A stretch of 63,749 bases of DNA, counting the filler, from Octopus bimaculoides (Eukaryota): the NCBI RefSeq assembly GCF_001194135.2. It is 7 parts of 6 records of this genome, joined end to end, with 100 filler letters (N's around TTAATTAATTAA, not from the genome) between each part and the next. Parts side by side here need not be neighbours in the genome. Positions count along the whole stretch, not along the records: positions 1 to 21,708 come from NC_068981.1; 6 more parts are not named here. The stretch is one strand, 5' to 3'. Position 1 is the first letter of the stretch; every line of letters begins with the position of its first letter. This document shows, one piece after another, positions 1-12,189 of this stretch. The translations under genes were made by a program, and so were the position numbers. The notes below the pieces were generated by a model that saw only the letters and a program-made list of their open reading frames with translations, had not been told where the DNA came from and did no database searches.

Positions 1-180
1 AATGACGCCTTTATTTCTTTGATTTCTTCAAATTGTTTAGACATTATTGAAGAATGTGAACACAGTTTTGTAGTTATGACGTCTAAATAATTCCTTCTCT
101 CAGTGTTTCCTGCCCTAAGGCAAGACAAGCAGATCTTTGTCTGTGTGTTATGAGATTGAAGATATATATACACAGAGAAA

Positions 181-216
181 GAGATAGATAGCTAGAAAGA
201 TAGATAAATAGATGGG

Positions 217-315
<99 letters not shown>
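181..315. repeat. (GATA)n/(GACA)n microsatellite
   Basis: Direct reading; explains the spurious ORF 83..412. Confidence 0.97.
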
Positions 316-639
316 TTACAGAGGTCGTGATGAGGAATGCAAGCGTAGGAGAAGAAAAGGCATAAATGTCAGGCACAATGAGATAGTGACGAAGGGAAAA
401 CACTGATGACAAACTTGTGGGTCGGTCATTTTCTTTACGGGTAGTTGCTGTTCTGCCCTGGATCAGATCCTTCGTGCGTCATATAATTTCTTATGATAGT
501 CAGGTGCAACATGGCTTTGATTTTGGGGCCTTACTCTATATAGACAAGCATGGAAACTTGGTGCCATGCAGTGGCGTCCAGTTCGGGACTACGTATACCT
601 TTCAATCTCAATATTAGATATTAAACCATCAAGAATCTT

Positions 640-740
<101 letters not shown>

Positions 741-759
741 AAAGGAACACTTATACTGG

Positions 760-1160
760 CGTGGCTAAGCTTGCTTCCCAACTACTTGGTTTCGGGTTCA
801 GTCCCAGGCTGTGGGACTGAACCCGAAACAAAAATCTTGCGAGTGGATTTGATAGACGGAAAATGAATGAAGCTGTCGTATATATAAATTAATATATATA
901 TGTGTGTGCGAGTGAGTGTATATGTGTGTGTGTGAGTGAGTGTATATGTGCGTGTGTGTCTGTGTGTGAGTGTATGAGTGTGTGTGTTCTGTCTTTGTGG
1001 TTGTGTTTACGTCCCCCTAATTTAGCGGTTTGGCAAAAGAGGGCAAGAGAATAAGAACCAGGTTTTAAAAGTACAGGGGTCGATTCATTCGACTAAAAAT
1101 TCTTCAAGACAGTGCCCCAGCATGGCCGCAATCTAATGACTGAAACAAGCAAAGAATAAA
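760..1160 (+). mobile_element. tRNA-derived SINE, family A (rearranged 5' end, internal (TG)n)
   Basis: gggttcagtccca B-box-like head, gatagacggaaa core and tail gtgccccagcatggccgca...tgaaacaag shared with >8 other copies in the window. Confidence 0.8.
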
Positions 1161-1505
1161 AAAAAAGCACTCATTGCATCACACTTTCCCGCTATCTTTT
1201 ACCCTCGTACTTTCGCTCCTCTCGTTACCCAACCCGAGCGAGTCATCTTCCGCTGCCTGATTTTCGCTCTAACTAGCGACTTCCCATTAAACATCCTCTA
1301 CCTACTCAACAACAGTTTCAGTAAAAGGAATATGCTAATGTCAAACACCTGTTAAAAACTGCAGATAATAAGTTGGTTTCTCTTGTAATTATTCCAGATT
1401 ACAATCTTCACTTGAATGCGGAAACATGTAGGTATACCTAGCACATTACCGCCTACGCACACACATGCAAACATATACATACGCATGGATATACAGCCCT
1501 CTCTC

Positions 1506-1558
1506 CCCACTTCTCTCTCTCTCTCTGTGCATACATGCATACATACATACGTGCATAC

Positions 1559-1650
<92 letters not shown>

Positions 1651-1660
1651 ACGTAAACAC
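1506..1660. repeat. (CT)n/(TACA)n/(TA)n compound microsatellite
   Basis: Direct reading. Confidence 0.97.
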
Positions 1661-2008
1661 ACATGCATATATCTTATATCATTCCTATGTATATACAATG
1701 GTGATTTTACAATGCTGAAATGTTAACAAAATTTCTAAATGAATATATAAAATGAAATTTTAAAAAAAGCATTAATAAAATAATTATATTCGAATTTAGA
1801 ACTGATGTAAGCCTTTAGAACGCAAATTGTATTAGTTAACTAGTTATAATTAGGTTAACGGTGCATGCTAATTACTGTAGACTAACATTTACCGATATGT
1901 CCTTACTGTATTTCAATGAGGGAAGGATTCGATGTTGTGAATCGGTGAATTTAGAAAGAAAAAAGAAACAAGGGAAAGAAATATAAAGGTTAAAAGTGTT
2001 ATATTGCT

Positions 2009-2265
2009 CTAATTCAGTTCTGTTCTGACTAGGTATCGAACTGTTTGGTAACGTTTGTTTCTTTCGGACTGGAACAACCGGATTACCTCATTCATTGCAT
2101 TAAACTGGAGTTTAAATTCAGCCTTCATCAGGTGTCTTAAATATAGAACTGTATCATCTACCTTGTCACGATCAGTAATAATAGTTTCCACAAAGACTGT
2201 TGTAGAATGACCTGTCTTTGTGAAGAAATATCTGGAAGTCTGTTCTTCATTCGAGATTACAATTC
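2009..2265 (-). CDS. Candidate terminal coding exon (phase 1), GIVISNEEQ...RYLVRTELN*; possibly last exon of the SEA-mucin gene
   Basis: 85 open codons with globular composition, tatcttttaag|GA acceptor, TAG stop at 2009-2011; phase fits the donor at 48498. The poly-pyrimidine tract is short. Confidence 0.4.
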
Positions 2266-2292
2266 CTTAAAAGATATTTTACCTTTCATCTT

Positions 2293-3072
2293 TTAAAATT
2301 CAAATTTCTGAATTCGATGCTTAAAATATCCCCAATACACTGGCAGAAAATGCATTGAATAATCAGAATTGAGGAACGTGGGGTGTACCATGAAGATGTC
2401 AGCTTCCGTTATAAAAACGTGGGGGAAAGGATGGAAACTTTTAACAAGGTCCGTTGAAAACGTTGGGAAAAATTCAGTCACTAAAAGTTTGGTATTACCT
2501 TTAAGTCGAACGAGAATCTATAAAACTTTAAAGACAGTTGAAAGTACTACAGCATGTATAATGCGGTGGAATCCATGCTCAACTGTGATTTCATTCTGGA
2601 GCTGTTGTCGCACAAATACAACAAATGAAGACATGATTCAGTCTTCCCATAATCTCACTGATCTAAACTAAAGTAATTCTCAAGACACAGTATTGTTAAA
2701 ATCTTTGGCGATGATAGGAATGTCGAAAGGACAACGGATCAACTTCTCACAAATTGACCAATTGAAATGGCAAATATCTCCAAGGTTATCAAACAAACTG
2801 GGAAATAATCGATTTGAGTGTTCAATACACACAGAAAATGTAAGCAGTGGGTGCTTGTATTCTCATGTATACAACTGGATCCCATTCTAATCAATAAAAG
2901 ATGGTAAACTGATGCTAAAATCTGAGACTCGAACAATACGTTCTTTATCATCGTTTCTGACTCTAATTGCGACAGGGATTTCCAGGCTGAGTTTGAGAGT
3001 AAAGAAGAATTTAAGTGAAATTACAATACGTTGTGATTGGAGGAAACTTACCACTGATTGAAATATTACGAG
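2293..3072. other. Coding-like island of unknown origin and uncertain strand
   Basis: 3-base periodicity and strong stop depletion in three of six frames; no family recognised. Confidence 0.45.
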
Positions 3073-3366
3073 GCTCCGGCAGGGGTGGTGGTGTGGTGAC
3101 GAGCCCTGCTGTACTCTTTCACCAGAACTTTCTCTCACTAGATCCGCGAAATTAATGTAAGGTTGATGTCAAAAATTGCTTCGTAGCATTTCGGATTTTA
3201 CATTCTATAAAAATTACTGATTCCGTTTACCGTAACATAATAAATGAACATGAAAGTACAGCAGAGACAAATAGTTTGATGGTAGAAACAACAAGGGTAT
3301 CCTATGTAAGGGAGATAATTAAGAATAATGGAAAGAAATATATAAAGCTACACCAAAAATAGAGGA

Positions 3367-3680
3367 GGCATATGGCCTAGCGATTAGAGCCGCGGATTCG
3401 CGGTCGAGGGATCGCGGGTTCGAATCTCAGACCGGTGATGAGTGTGTTTATGAGCGAAACACCTAAGCTCCACGCGGCTCCGGCAGAAGGTAATGGCGAA
3501 CTTCTGCTGGCTCTTTCGCTACAACTTTCTCTCACTCTTTCCTCCTGCATCGAGCTGCTCACCTAGGACGGACCGGCGTCCCGTCCAGATGGGGAACCTA
3601 TACGCCAATGAAACTGGGAAGCCGGCCCTTATGAGCCAGGCATGGCTTGAGAAGGAACAAGCAGCAAAAACAACAACACC
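3367..3680 (+). mobile_element. tRNA-derived SINE, family C head, with Pol III A and B boxes
   Basis: tggcctagcga A box (~3373), ggttcgaatct B box (~3417), cacctaagctccacg core shared with 44335 copy, (CAA)n tail. Confidence 0.85.
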
Positions 3681-3699
3681 TAAAACAAGTAAACACATA

Positions 3700-3960
3700 A
3701 GCACTGATACCGTCACTCCGTCGGCTACGACGACGAGCGTTGATCCGATCAACGGAACAGCCTGCTCGGGAAATTAAAGTGCGTGTGGCTGAGTACATCA
3801 CTGACCCGCGTACTCTTAGCGTAGTTTTCAGGGAGACGCAGCGTGACAGAGAATGCGATAAGGCTGGCGGCCTTTATGTATTACAGATACAACTCATTTT
3901 TGCCAGCTGAATGGACTGGATTAACGTTAAATAAAGTCTGGAATCGAATTTACAACCTGG
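3700..3960 (-). mobile_element. SINE family C fragment
   Basis: ccgatcaacggaacagcctg...gtggctgagtac motif also at 4245-4425 and 44560-44680. Confidence 0.75.
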
Positions 3961-4244
3961 CGATCGTGAGCCAATTCCACAAAATTTCATGTTAATTTAT
4001 GTTCCTAAAACCAGATTGATTAATGACAAAGTTATTTTACTAAATGCTTCATAATTTTCCTAATTAAGTGTATTCCAACAGAAATATGTCAATGAAAGCG
4101 GAACTGAATGCTCTGCCGAGAATCGAACTCACGCCAGGCGCCTTCACTGATTGCTAATAAGCAGTATTGGAATATGTGGAAAAGCCATTTGATGGAACCT
4201 GTAAACAAAAAGCTGAAACTTCAAGTTGAAATATTACTACGGCA

Positions 4245-4425
4245 CTCCATCGTTTACAACGACGAGGGTTTCAGTTAATCCGATCAACGGAACAGCCTGA
4301 TCGTGGATTTAACGTGCAAGTGGCTGAGTACTCCGCAGACACGTGTACCCTTAACGTAGTTCTCGGGGAGATTCAGCATGACACAGAGTGTGACAAGGCT
4401 GGCCCTTTGAAATACAGACTCGAGC
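4245..4425 (-). mobile_element. SINE family C fragment
   Basis: Same motif block as 3700-3960. Confidence 0.75.
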
Positions 4426-5477
4426 CGACCAAACACGGAAACTAAATGAAGAGCAACGCAGGACGCTTATTTGCATCAATTCCCTTTGAAAACGTCGTGA
4501 GTGATTGACCCTTGAGGAAATTGCAGCGACTAGCATGCATAATTGCATGCAGAGCAATGTGCAGTCGCTGCACTCGAAACATATGTAGGCCAGTGTTATA
4601 TGTGCTGTAGGGAACTTTTAATAAAAATGCTTTGGATGTGAACAAATCTCCACTCTCTTCTTCGTTATCAATTATATATATATATATATATATNNNNNNN
4701 NNNNNNNNNNNNNNNNNNNNNNNNNNNNNNNNNNNNNNNNNNNNNNNNNNNNNNNNNNNNNNNNNNNNNNNNNNNNNNNNNNNNNNNNNNNNNNNNNNNN
4801 NNNNNNNNNNNNNNNNNNNNNNNNNNNNNNNNNNNNNNNNNNNNNNNNNNNNNNNNNNNNNNNNNNNNNNNNNNNNNNNNNNNNNNNNNNNNNNNNNNNN
4901 NNNNNNNNNNNNNNNNNNNNNNNNNNNNNNNNNNNNNNNNNNNNNNNNNNNNNNNNNNNNNNNNNNNNNNNNNNNNNNNNNNNNNNNNNNNNNNNNNNNN
5001 NNNNNNNNNNNNNNNNNNNNNNNNNNNNNNNNNNNNNNNNNNNNNNNNNNNNNNNNNNNNNNNNNNNNNNNNNNNNNNNNNNNNNNNNNNNNNNNNNNNN
5101 NNNNNNNNNNNNNNNNNNNNNNNNNNNNNNNNNNNNNNNNNNNNNNNNNNNNNNNNNNNNNNNNNNNNNNNNNNNNNNNNNNNNNNNNNNNNNNNNNNNN
5201 NNNNNNNNNNNNNNNNNNNNNNNNNNNNNNNNNNNNNNNNNNNNNNNNNNNNNNNNNNNNNNNNNNNNNNNNNNNNNNNNNNNNNNNNTATATATATATA
5301 TATATATGTATAGTGGGTTGGTCCATAATTATTGCGTCCTGTTTTCAAATTTTATTCAACAAAAATAATAAGAATATCTTTTAAAAAAACACATCTTTAA
5401 TGAAGGTCTGACCGTCTGCCAAGCAAATGAAGTAGATGGCTAATATGCCCCGGAATAATCATTTAAAGATGATTTTG

Positions 5478-5653
5478 TTACGTGTTGTTATTGTTTCGAA
5501 CCACTCATACACACTTCTAACCGGTAGTTCACTGTTCCCGTATTGTGCTAAAAGCCTCCGATGAATTTCAGCCCCTGACACACCTTCCGGCCGGAGAAAT
5601 CAGATCACTGCTCTTTCTTCTTCTTTGGTGCACATTGCTAGTGGAGCGGCCAT
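5478..5653 (-). mobile_element. Mariner transposase N-terminal fragment (decayed)
   Basis: Translates MAAPLAMCTKEEERAVI*FLRPEGVSGAEIHRRLLAQYGNSELPVRSVYEWF, a typical mariner HTH start; one in-frame stop. Confidence 0.85.
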
Positions 5654-5711
5654 GCTTACATTGTAAAGCCAGAAAGGAAAATGGCGCGAGTAGGCTCAAA
5701 CTTCGATCACG

Positions 5712-5880
5712 TGACCACAATAGCACCAGAAGGCAGTGTGATCATAATAAAGATAATAACACAATGGTACTAGAAGGCAGTGTGATAATAATAAATATAG
5801 TACCACAATAGTACTAGAAGGCAGTGTGATAATAAAGATAGTACCACAATAGTACCAGAAAGCAGTGTGATAATAAATAA
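5712..5880. repeat. ~40-bp minisatellite, 4 copies
   Basis: Repeated cacaatagtac[ct]agaaggcagtgtgataataa unit. Confidence 0.9.
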
Positions 5881-6200
5881 AGATGTTATGGTGAAAGTGC
5901 AGCTAAGTTTTGACTTCCCCTCGTATATATATACTGAGCATATTTAGGTTTCACATATTACCTGTACACACACGCGCACACACATACACACACATACACA
6001 ATATGCTCAGTATAGAAAACACTCAGTAGTGCTAACGAAGCTGGACATCTAATTACTTCTAGCATCTCGAGGTAAGGAGCGAATGTCTGTGTCATTGCCC
6101 TGACCTTCTAGAAATAGCAGGCAAATACTCTCGAATCACACCATGCTATTCTGAAATAAATAAATCAAATTACATAATGTTATTCTTGATTTATTAACAG

Positions 6201-6261
6201 CTATGCTCCCGCTGTCGACTATAAGTCTGTGCAACCAAGACAGACGCGAGCTAAACAATGA
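6201..6261 (+). CDS. Possible terminal exon (YAPAVDYKSVQPRQTRAKQ*) of an unidentified gene
   Basis: ttcttgatttattaacag acceptor, TGA at 6259-6261, AATAAA at 6263-6268; no partner exon found. Confidence 0.2.
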
Positions 6262-7512
6262 CAATAAATCTACCATTCTCTTCATAATATATTCGCTTGA
6301 GATTGTTTGATCTCCATTCATTTCTAATCCCCAATAATCTACAAATCCTCGATGTTCTACATCCTATCATTCATTATACGTTGCTCTCTTGACCACCAGG
6401 CCACTTACATAATCTTTTCATTGATATCAAGCAAAACTCAAAGGTGACCAGCTATCAAACTGAAAGTCTTAATCTCTATTATTAAGCTTTATTAATCTCA
6501 GTATTTCCTAAATGTTAACTTTATCAAGTTAATTAATCCTGATCCGGATACAACAGAAATATGATCGATATTGTTCCAATACTAGACACCTAAGACCTTG
6601 GAAAGATTGGCTTTGTGTTGTGAAATAACTCCAGCAATCACACAGAGGATTCCGACTTCGTTTGTAGTTTCTGTTGTTGTTATTTAACCTTGGGTCAGAC
6701 CTGGTTAAGTAAATATACGATCAAAGATATTTGACTTGTGACCATCTTGTCATTTTCGTATGTACTCAGAACGTAGGACCACGTTATTCAACGTCTTTCA
6801 GCTAAGAGACTGGGATGTCATTTGAGGAAGATTTGGCTGTAATTTTTAGCAGGTCAAGAGAAAACTATAAACTTCTTCCGCTTGCACTTGCTTTTTAGTG
6901 GTGGTAGTGGCGCTAGTAGAGATGGTGGCCGTCGTGTTTTTTCTAGTATAGTGATGCTGTCAATGTGCTATTGTTCTTGGTGTAGTGGTGTTAATACACT
7001 AAAATGTTGCTCGCGTAGTGATGGTTATACCGGTTTCCAGCCATGACCATCATGTTTATACGTGTATCCTGTCCTTCAATTAAGCGCATCTATTTCTGGG
7101 TTTCTGTATACTAAATGTGTTCACGAATCAGCTCATGGGTGGGGAAGATTAATCCAGATCAGTGGTTAGAAGATGAGGTTGACTTGGCGTATAAGTGGTA
7201 AACCTAAGTCTAGCTGAGAAATATCATGTAAAGGTAATTTGCTCGAAGAAATTAAATAGTTTTATTAATGAGTGTATGTATACGGACATATGCGTGTATG
7301 AATTCATTTACACACGCACGTACGTGCACATGTGTTTTGTGTACATGTTTGTAGAACACGTGTGTGTATATTGGTTTAGGGCCGGCTGTGTGATTAAGTG
7401 GTAGGTTTCGTGATTACGTCATCCCAGGTTCAAACTTAATGTGTGATGATGGTGAATTATTATTGATACAGGTATGAATATGCATACATCAATACGCATG
7501 TATATCGGTGTA

Positions 7513-7581
<69 letters not shown>

Positions 7582-8819
7582 NNNNNNNNNNNNNNNNNNN
7601 NNNNNNNNNNNNNNNNNNNNNNNNNNNNNNNNNNNNNNNNNNNNNNNNNNNNNNNNNNNNNNNNNNNNNNNNNNNNNNNNNNNNNNNNNNNNNNNNNNNN
7701 NNNNNNNNNNNNNNNNNNNNNNNNNNNNNNNNNNNNNNNNNNNNNNNNNNNNNNNNNNNNNNNNNNNNNNNNNNNNNNNNNNNNNNNNNNNNNNNNNNNN
7801 NNNNNNNNNNNNNNNNNNNNNNNNNNNNNNNNNNNNNNNNNNNNNNNNNNNNNNNNNNNNNNNNNNNNNNNNNNNNNNNNNNNNNNNNNNNNNNNNNNNN
7901 NNNNNNNNNNNNNNNNNNNNNNNNNNNNNNNNNNNNNNNNNNNNNNNNNNNNNNNNNNNNNNNNNNNNNNNNNNNNNNNNNNNNNNNNNNNNNNNNNNNN
8001 NNNNNNNNNNNNNNNNNNNNNNNNNNNNNNNNNNNNNNNNNNNNNNNNNNNNNNNNNNNNNNNNNNNNNNNNNNNNNNNNNNNNNNNNNNNNNNNNNNNN
8101 NNNNNNNNNNNNNNNNNNNNNNNNNNNNNNNNNNNNNNNNNNNNNNNNNNNNNNNNNNNNNNNNNNNNNNNNNNNNNNNNNNNNNNNNNNNNNNNNNNNN
8201 NNNNNNNNNNNNNTATATATATATATATATATACACACACGCGTGCATACATTACCATACATACATATATTTGGTATTGAGAATATTTCTAGTGTGTTGA
8301 CAATGGAATACGGAGAAAAAGAGACATCGGAATGTTGGGCAAAATAAAAAGAAAGATAAAAATATAGTTTATCAATATTTCCAATCAGCGTTTGAGAAAG
8401 GTGGGGGGCAGATAGAGAGGGAAAGAGGAAGAGGAGAGAGGAATGAAGCAAGGTACAGAAAGAGAGGGTGGGAAAGAGAGGATAGAAGAGCGAAAGCATA
8501 TTTCTTTGTTACTGTAAAATAATGGAAATCCTTTCGTCGAGTTCACCGCCGCCATCACATCTCTTTCGTTCTCTTCCCCGTCAGCACCAATATCAACATC
8601 ACGGGAAAGAGTTGGATCATCAAGGACCACAATTAAAGCACCACCGCCATTATCACTACAACTCTTACCGCTGGTACTTCCACCACCACTACTGAACCTA
8701 CCACCACTTCCATAAGCGCCACTACTACTTCCTACGCTACCGCAACTTCAACATGGCGTCTTTTCACATCAAAAACTACCAATGTATTCATCATTATCAG
8801 CATCATCATTATCCTCATG

Positions 8820-8948
8820 CATTATCATCATCTTTGTCATCGTCGCTGTCGTCGTCGTCATCATCATCATCATCAATGTCGTAGATATCAATCAGTCACT
8901 GGGTCAGCCATCTTGACAGAGTATGCTATCCTGATATATGACGCCCTG

Positions 8949-9006
<58 letters not shown>

Positions 9007-9009
9007 TTA

Positions 9010-9072
<63 letters not shown>

Positions 9073-9083
9073 ATCTATCTATC
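8820..9083. repeat. (CAT)n/(CGT)n, (CT)n and (TATC)n microsatellites
   Basis: Direct reading. Confidence 0.95.
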
Positions 9084-9569
9084 AGCTTTCGTATGATGCT
9101 ACCCTACTGACAAGGCGGACTGACCAACATTCTTCTTGAAAGGAACTCTAATCCATCGCAGGGCTTCTCATTTACAACTCAATCAACTGGAGCCACGTGA
9201 AATGAAGTACTTCGCTCGAGAACACAACATAGCACCCGTTTGAGATTCGAAATCACAATCTTGCGATCATGAATGTTACACACTAATCACTTGGCCACGT
9301 GCCTTCAAACATCTGATTCACAGACAAAGGTGAGGGTCAATATACAACAAACATATATAAACATATTCTTCATCGTCTTATTGTTAATGTTTTCTGTCAG
9401 AAGAAATGCTTTTTTTGCGGCCCCACTATCAGTGTGATTGCTTGGTTATTACGAACTAGTCTCCCGGCTCTCTTGCCGAATTTGGATCAGGTGAAGATGA
9501 GAATTGGACAGAGGTACCCTTCATTACATTTCTTGCCTTGGTGTGGGATCATCCGAGATAAAAATCTGC

Positions 9570-9830
9570 CTAAGTCTTGTTAGAACACCTACATATCTTC
9601 TCGCAGATCTCTGAGGTATTTTGGCAAGCTGCCTGTGCGCCATTGTTCCTTATTGGATTCTTACTCCAGATGGAGAGTTTGGAAACTTCGGTACTATGTA
9701 GTAGCTTCGAGTTCAAATTCTTGGTATAGCTTTCAGAAACTGTCCAATGTAGATTTATTAACCCGTAAACTAATTTTTGAATGACACAATGTCTTAGACT
9801 CTGCATCTCACATCAAGGACTTCAACTAGT
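9570..9830 (-). mobile_element. CR1-type LINE ORF2 linker fragment
   Basis: YGLINLHWT...CEKICR resembles the post-endonuclease KLNFHKADW...CEKHVP region. Confidence 0.5.
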
Positions 9831-9889
9831 TCCTACCACCCTTCACATTATATATATATATCTGTGTATGTATGTATATATATATTATT

Positions 9890-11620
9890 TTGCTATTGTA
9901 TTCTTTTATGGTTTTCAGCCCAAAGACTCTGGCCATGCTGGGGTCAACGCCAGTGTTAACACATTTTCAATGGTCATTCGTTTGTGACTGGCTTTTGATG
10001 TAAGAGGGACTTCGATATATCTGCCCTCTTTTGAGTTTCTTGTAGCAATGTAGGTTCAACTGCGACCTTGGACAGTAGCTTGTCGAGTTTTTTCTTGAAA
10101 ATCTCAACTTCTACCGCATGTAGGTCTCTAAGATATTTTGGCAAGGTATTAGATTGCTGTGGGTCTTTGAATTCCAAGTTTGCAATAGATGGTCCTCACT
10201 TCAGACAGGATGGGTTGCATTGACGTCCAGTCTGGGGTTGGTATAAATCCCGATGACAAAGTTGGTGCGAACCTTCCCAGGATCTTCCACATGTACATCA
10301 CTCCATACCGCTCCCAGCTTCGCTCCAGGAAGTAGAGGCATGATACTTGCAGTCACTCCCAGTAGCTCAGCCGTTCTATTGATACAACCTTCCCGAACAT
10401 TCGAAAGTTCCGCTATTAATTCGGCAATGTGGGGCGACCACCGTTGAGAGTAATAGTCCAGACGGTGGGGGCAAAATGTCCTACATAGAAGCAGTATCGT
10501 TTCCTGGTCCTTTGCTCTGAAAGTTCTCCGAATCTATTTGGTCATTCGCCGGCACATTGCACCCTTCTCGGTCGTATGTACGAAAAGAGGCGTCGTTGCT
10601 CATTGCAATTCCAGTGTCATACACTGCACTTGACTCTGGGATTTCGGCACATTTAAGTCCAAAGTATATTTGTTGCAGCATATTAGTGCAAGCTGGCTGA
10701 TACCGGAGGGCTTGGAATTTTCCTGCATTAAATTACATGTTATTTTCTTCAGCCCATTTAGAAATGACATCTTTTTTTGTAGAAGATTAGCATCGAAAGG
10801 TTTGTTGAGTGCTTTTACTACTGTATGTACATACAGCGCAGATATATTGGCATACANNNNNNNNNNNNNNNNNNNNNNNNNNNNNNNNNNNNNNNNNNNN
10901 NNNNNNNNNNNNNNNNNNNNNNNNNNNNNNNNNNNNNNNNNNNNNNNNNNNNNNNNNNNNNNNNNNNNNNNNNNNNNNNNNNNNNNNNNNNNNNNNNNNN
11001 NNNNNNNNNNNNNNNNNNNNNNNNNNNNNNNNNNNNNNNNNNNNNNNNNNNNNNNNNNNNNNNNNNNNNNNNNNNNNNNNNNNNNNNNNNNNNNNNNNNN
11101 NNNNNNNNNNNNNNNNNNNNNNNNNNNNNNNNNNNNNNNNNNNNNNNNNNNNNNNNNNNNNNNNNNNNNNNNNNNNNNNNNNNNNNNNNNNNNNNNNNNN
11201 NNNNNNNNNNNNNNNNNNNNNNNNNNNNNNNNNNNNNNNNNNNNNNNNNNNNNNNNNNNNNNNNNNNNNNNNNNNNNNNNNNNNNNNNNNNNNNNNNNNN
11301 NNNNNNNNNNNNNNNNNNNNNNNNNNNNNNNNNNNNNNNNNNNNNNNNNNNNNNNNNNNNNNNNNNNNNNNNNNNNNNNNNNNNATATATATATATATAT
11401 ATACATACATATATGCGACGCCTGCTGGGTTTGGCTGCTCTACATCGATAAGTGGCAAATACCCCGAAACTAGTCTGTAGATGCCTGACCAGCAAGGGGA
11501 AGCGGCTGACCTCCCCTGTTCGAAGGTTATAATGGACACAAGTTCGTGTGTCACATAACTAACTAGAGGCAGCATTCATCCTATTTTCCTGGACTGGCAT
11601 GTTAGCTTGGCAATAGCTAT
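9890..11620 (-). mobile_element. CR1-type LINE, 3' part of ORF2 RT plus 3' tail (decayed, spans a gap)
   Basis: AEIPESSAVYDTGIAMSNDASF, LDYYSQRWSPH, SYWE*LQVSCLYFLERSWERYGVMYMWKIL, PQQSNTLPKYLRDLHAVEVEIFKKKLDKLLS; ccccagcatggcc tail. Confidence 0.9.
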
Positions 11621-12189
11621 TAATACATATATATATATATTTATATATGTATATGTGTATGTATGCTGATATCTATTTAGCTATATATCAATGTATCTAT
11701 ACATACACGCATACACACACATACATACACACAACACACACACATGCACACACATCCATACACACACACATACACGCACGCACGCACACACATACACATA
11801 CACATATATGTCCATGCTTCGCTTCCCAAACCCTCACAAAAAGTATTAGACCTATATCCTCTGCTTAATGCCACCTCATGAGTAACAAATATATTGGATA
11901 ATACCGTTACTAATTTGCCGGTCCCTATGCCATGCCTTTCCTATCGTTATTAATGTCTATCTCATTAGCATACATAAATATCTTCGGAGCGATTATGAAT
12001 AAATATCATTTAACATAACGGCATTCGGTTTAATTTTCCCCCGACTCTCTGTCTTCATGTATGCATAAATTCCTAATGAAATCGCCTCGAAGTCTTAGCT
12101 TGCATCTAAATTTTTGAAAAAGAAATAAAAAAACAGAATTCTATTTTCTTTCGGTCACAAGAAAGAATCCTGGAATATTTGGGACGGTG

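Noticed and set aside
417-617. 66-aa plus-strand ORF, and a minus-strand LIQGRT..DRPTSL stretch resembling a LINE motif
   Set aside because: Overlaps a SINE fragment, has no splice signals, and the similarity is too weak.
3367-3440. tRNA gene
   Set aside because: A and B boxes are present but no cloverleaf, and it continues into SINE body, so it is a SINE head.
6136-6321. Minus ORF with SSEY...DSGSIAV resembling SEA motifs
   Set aside because: Spacing is too short for a SEA domain and there is no acceptor.
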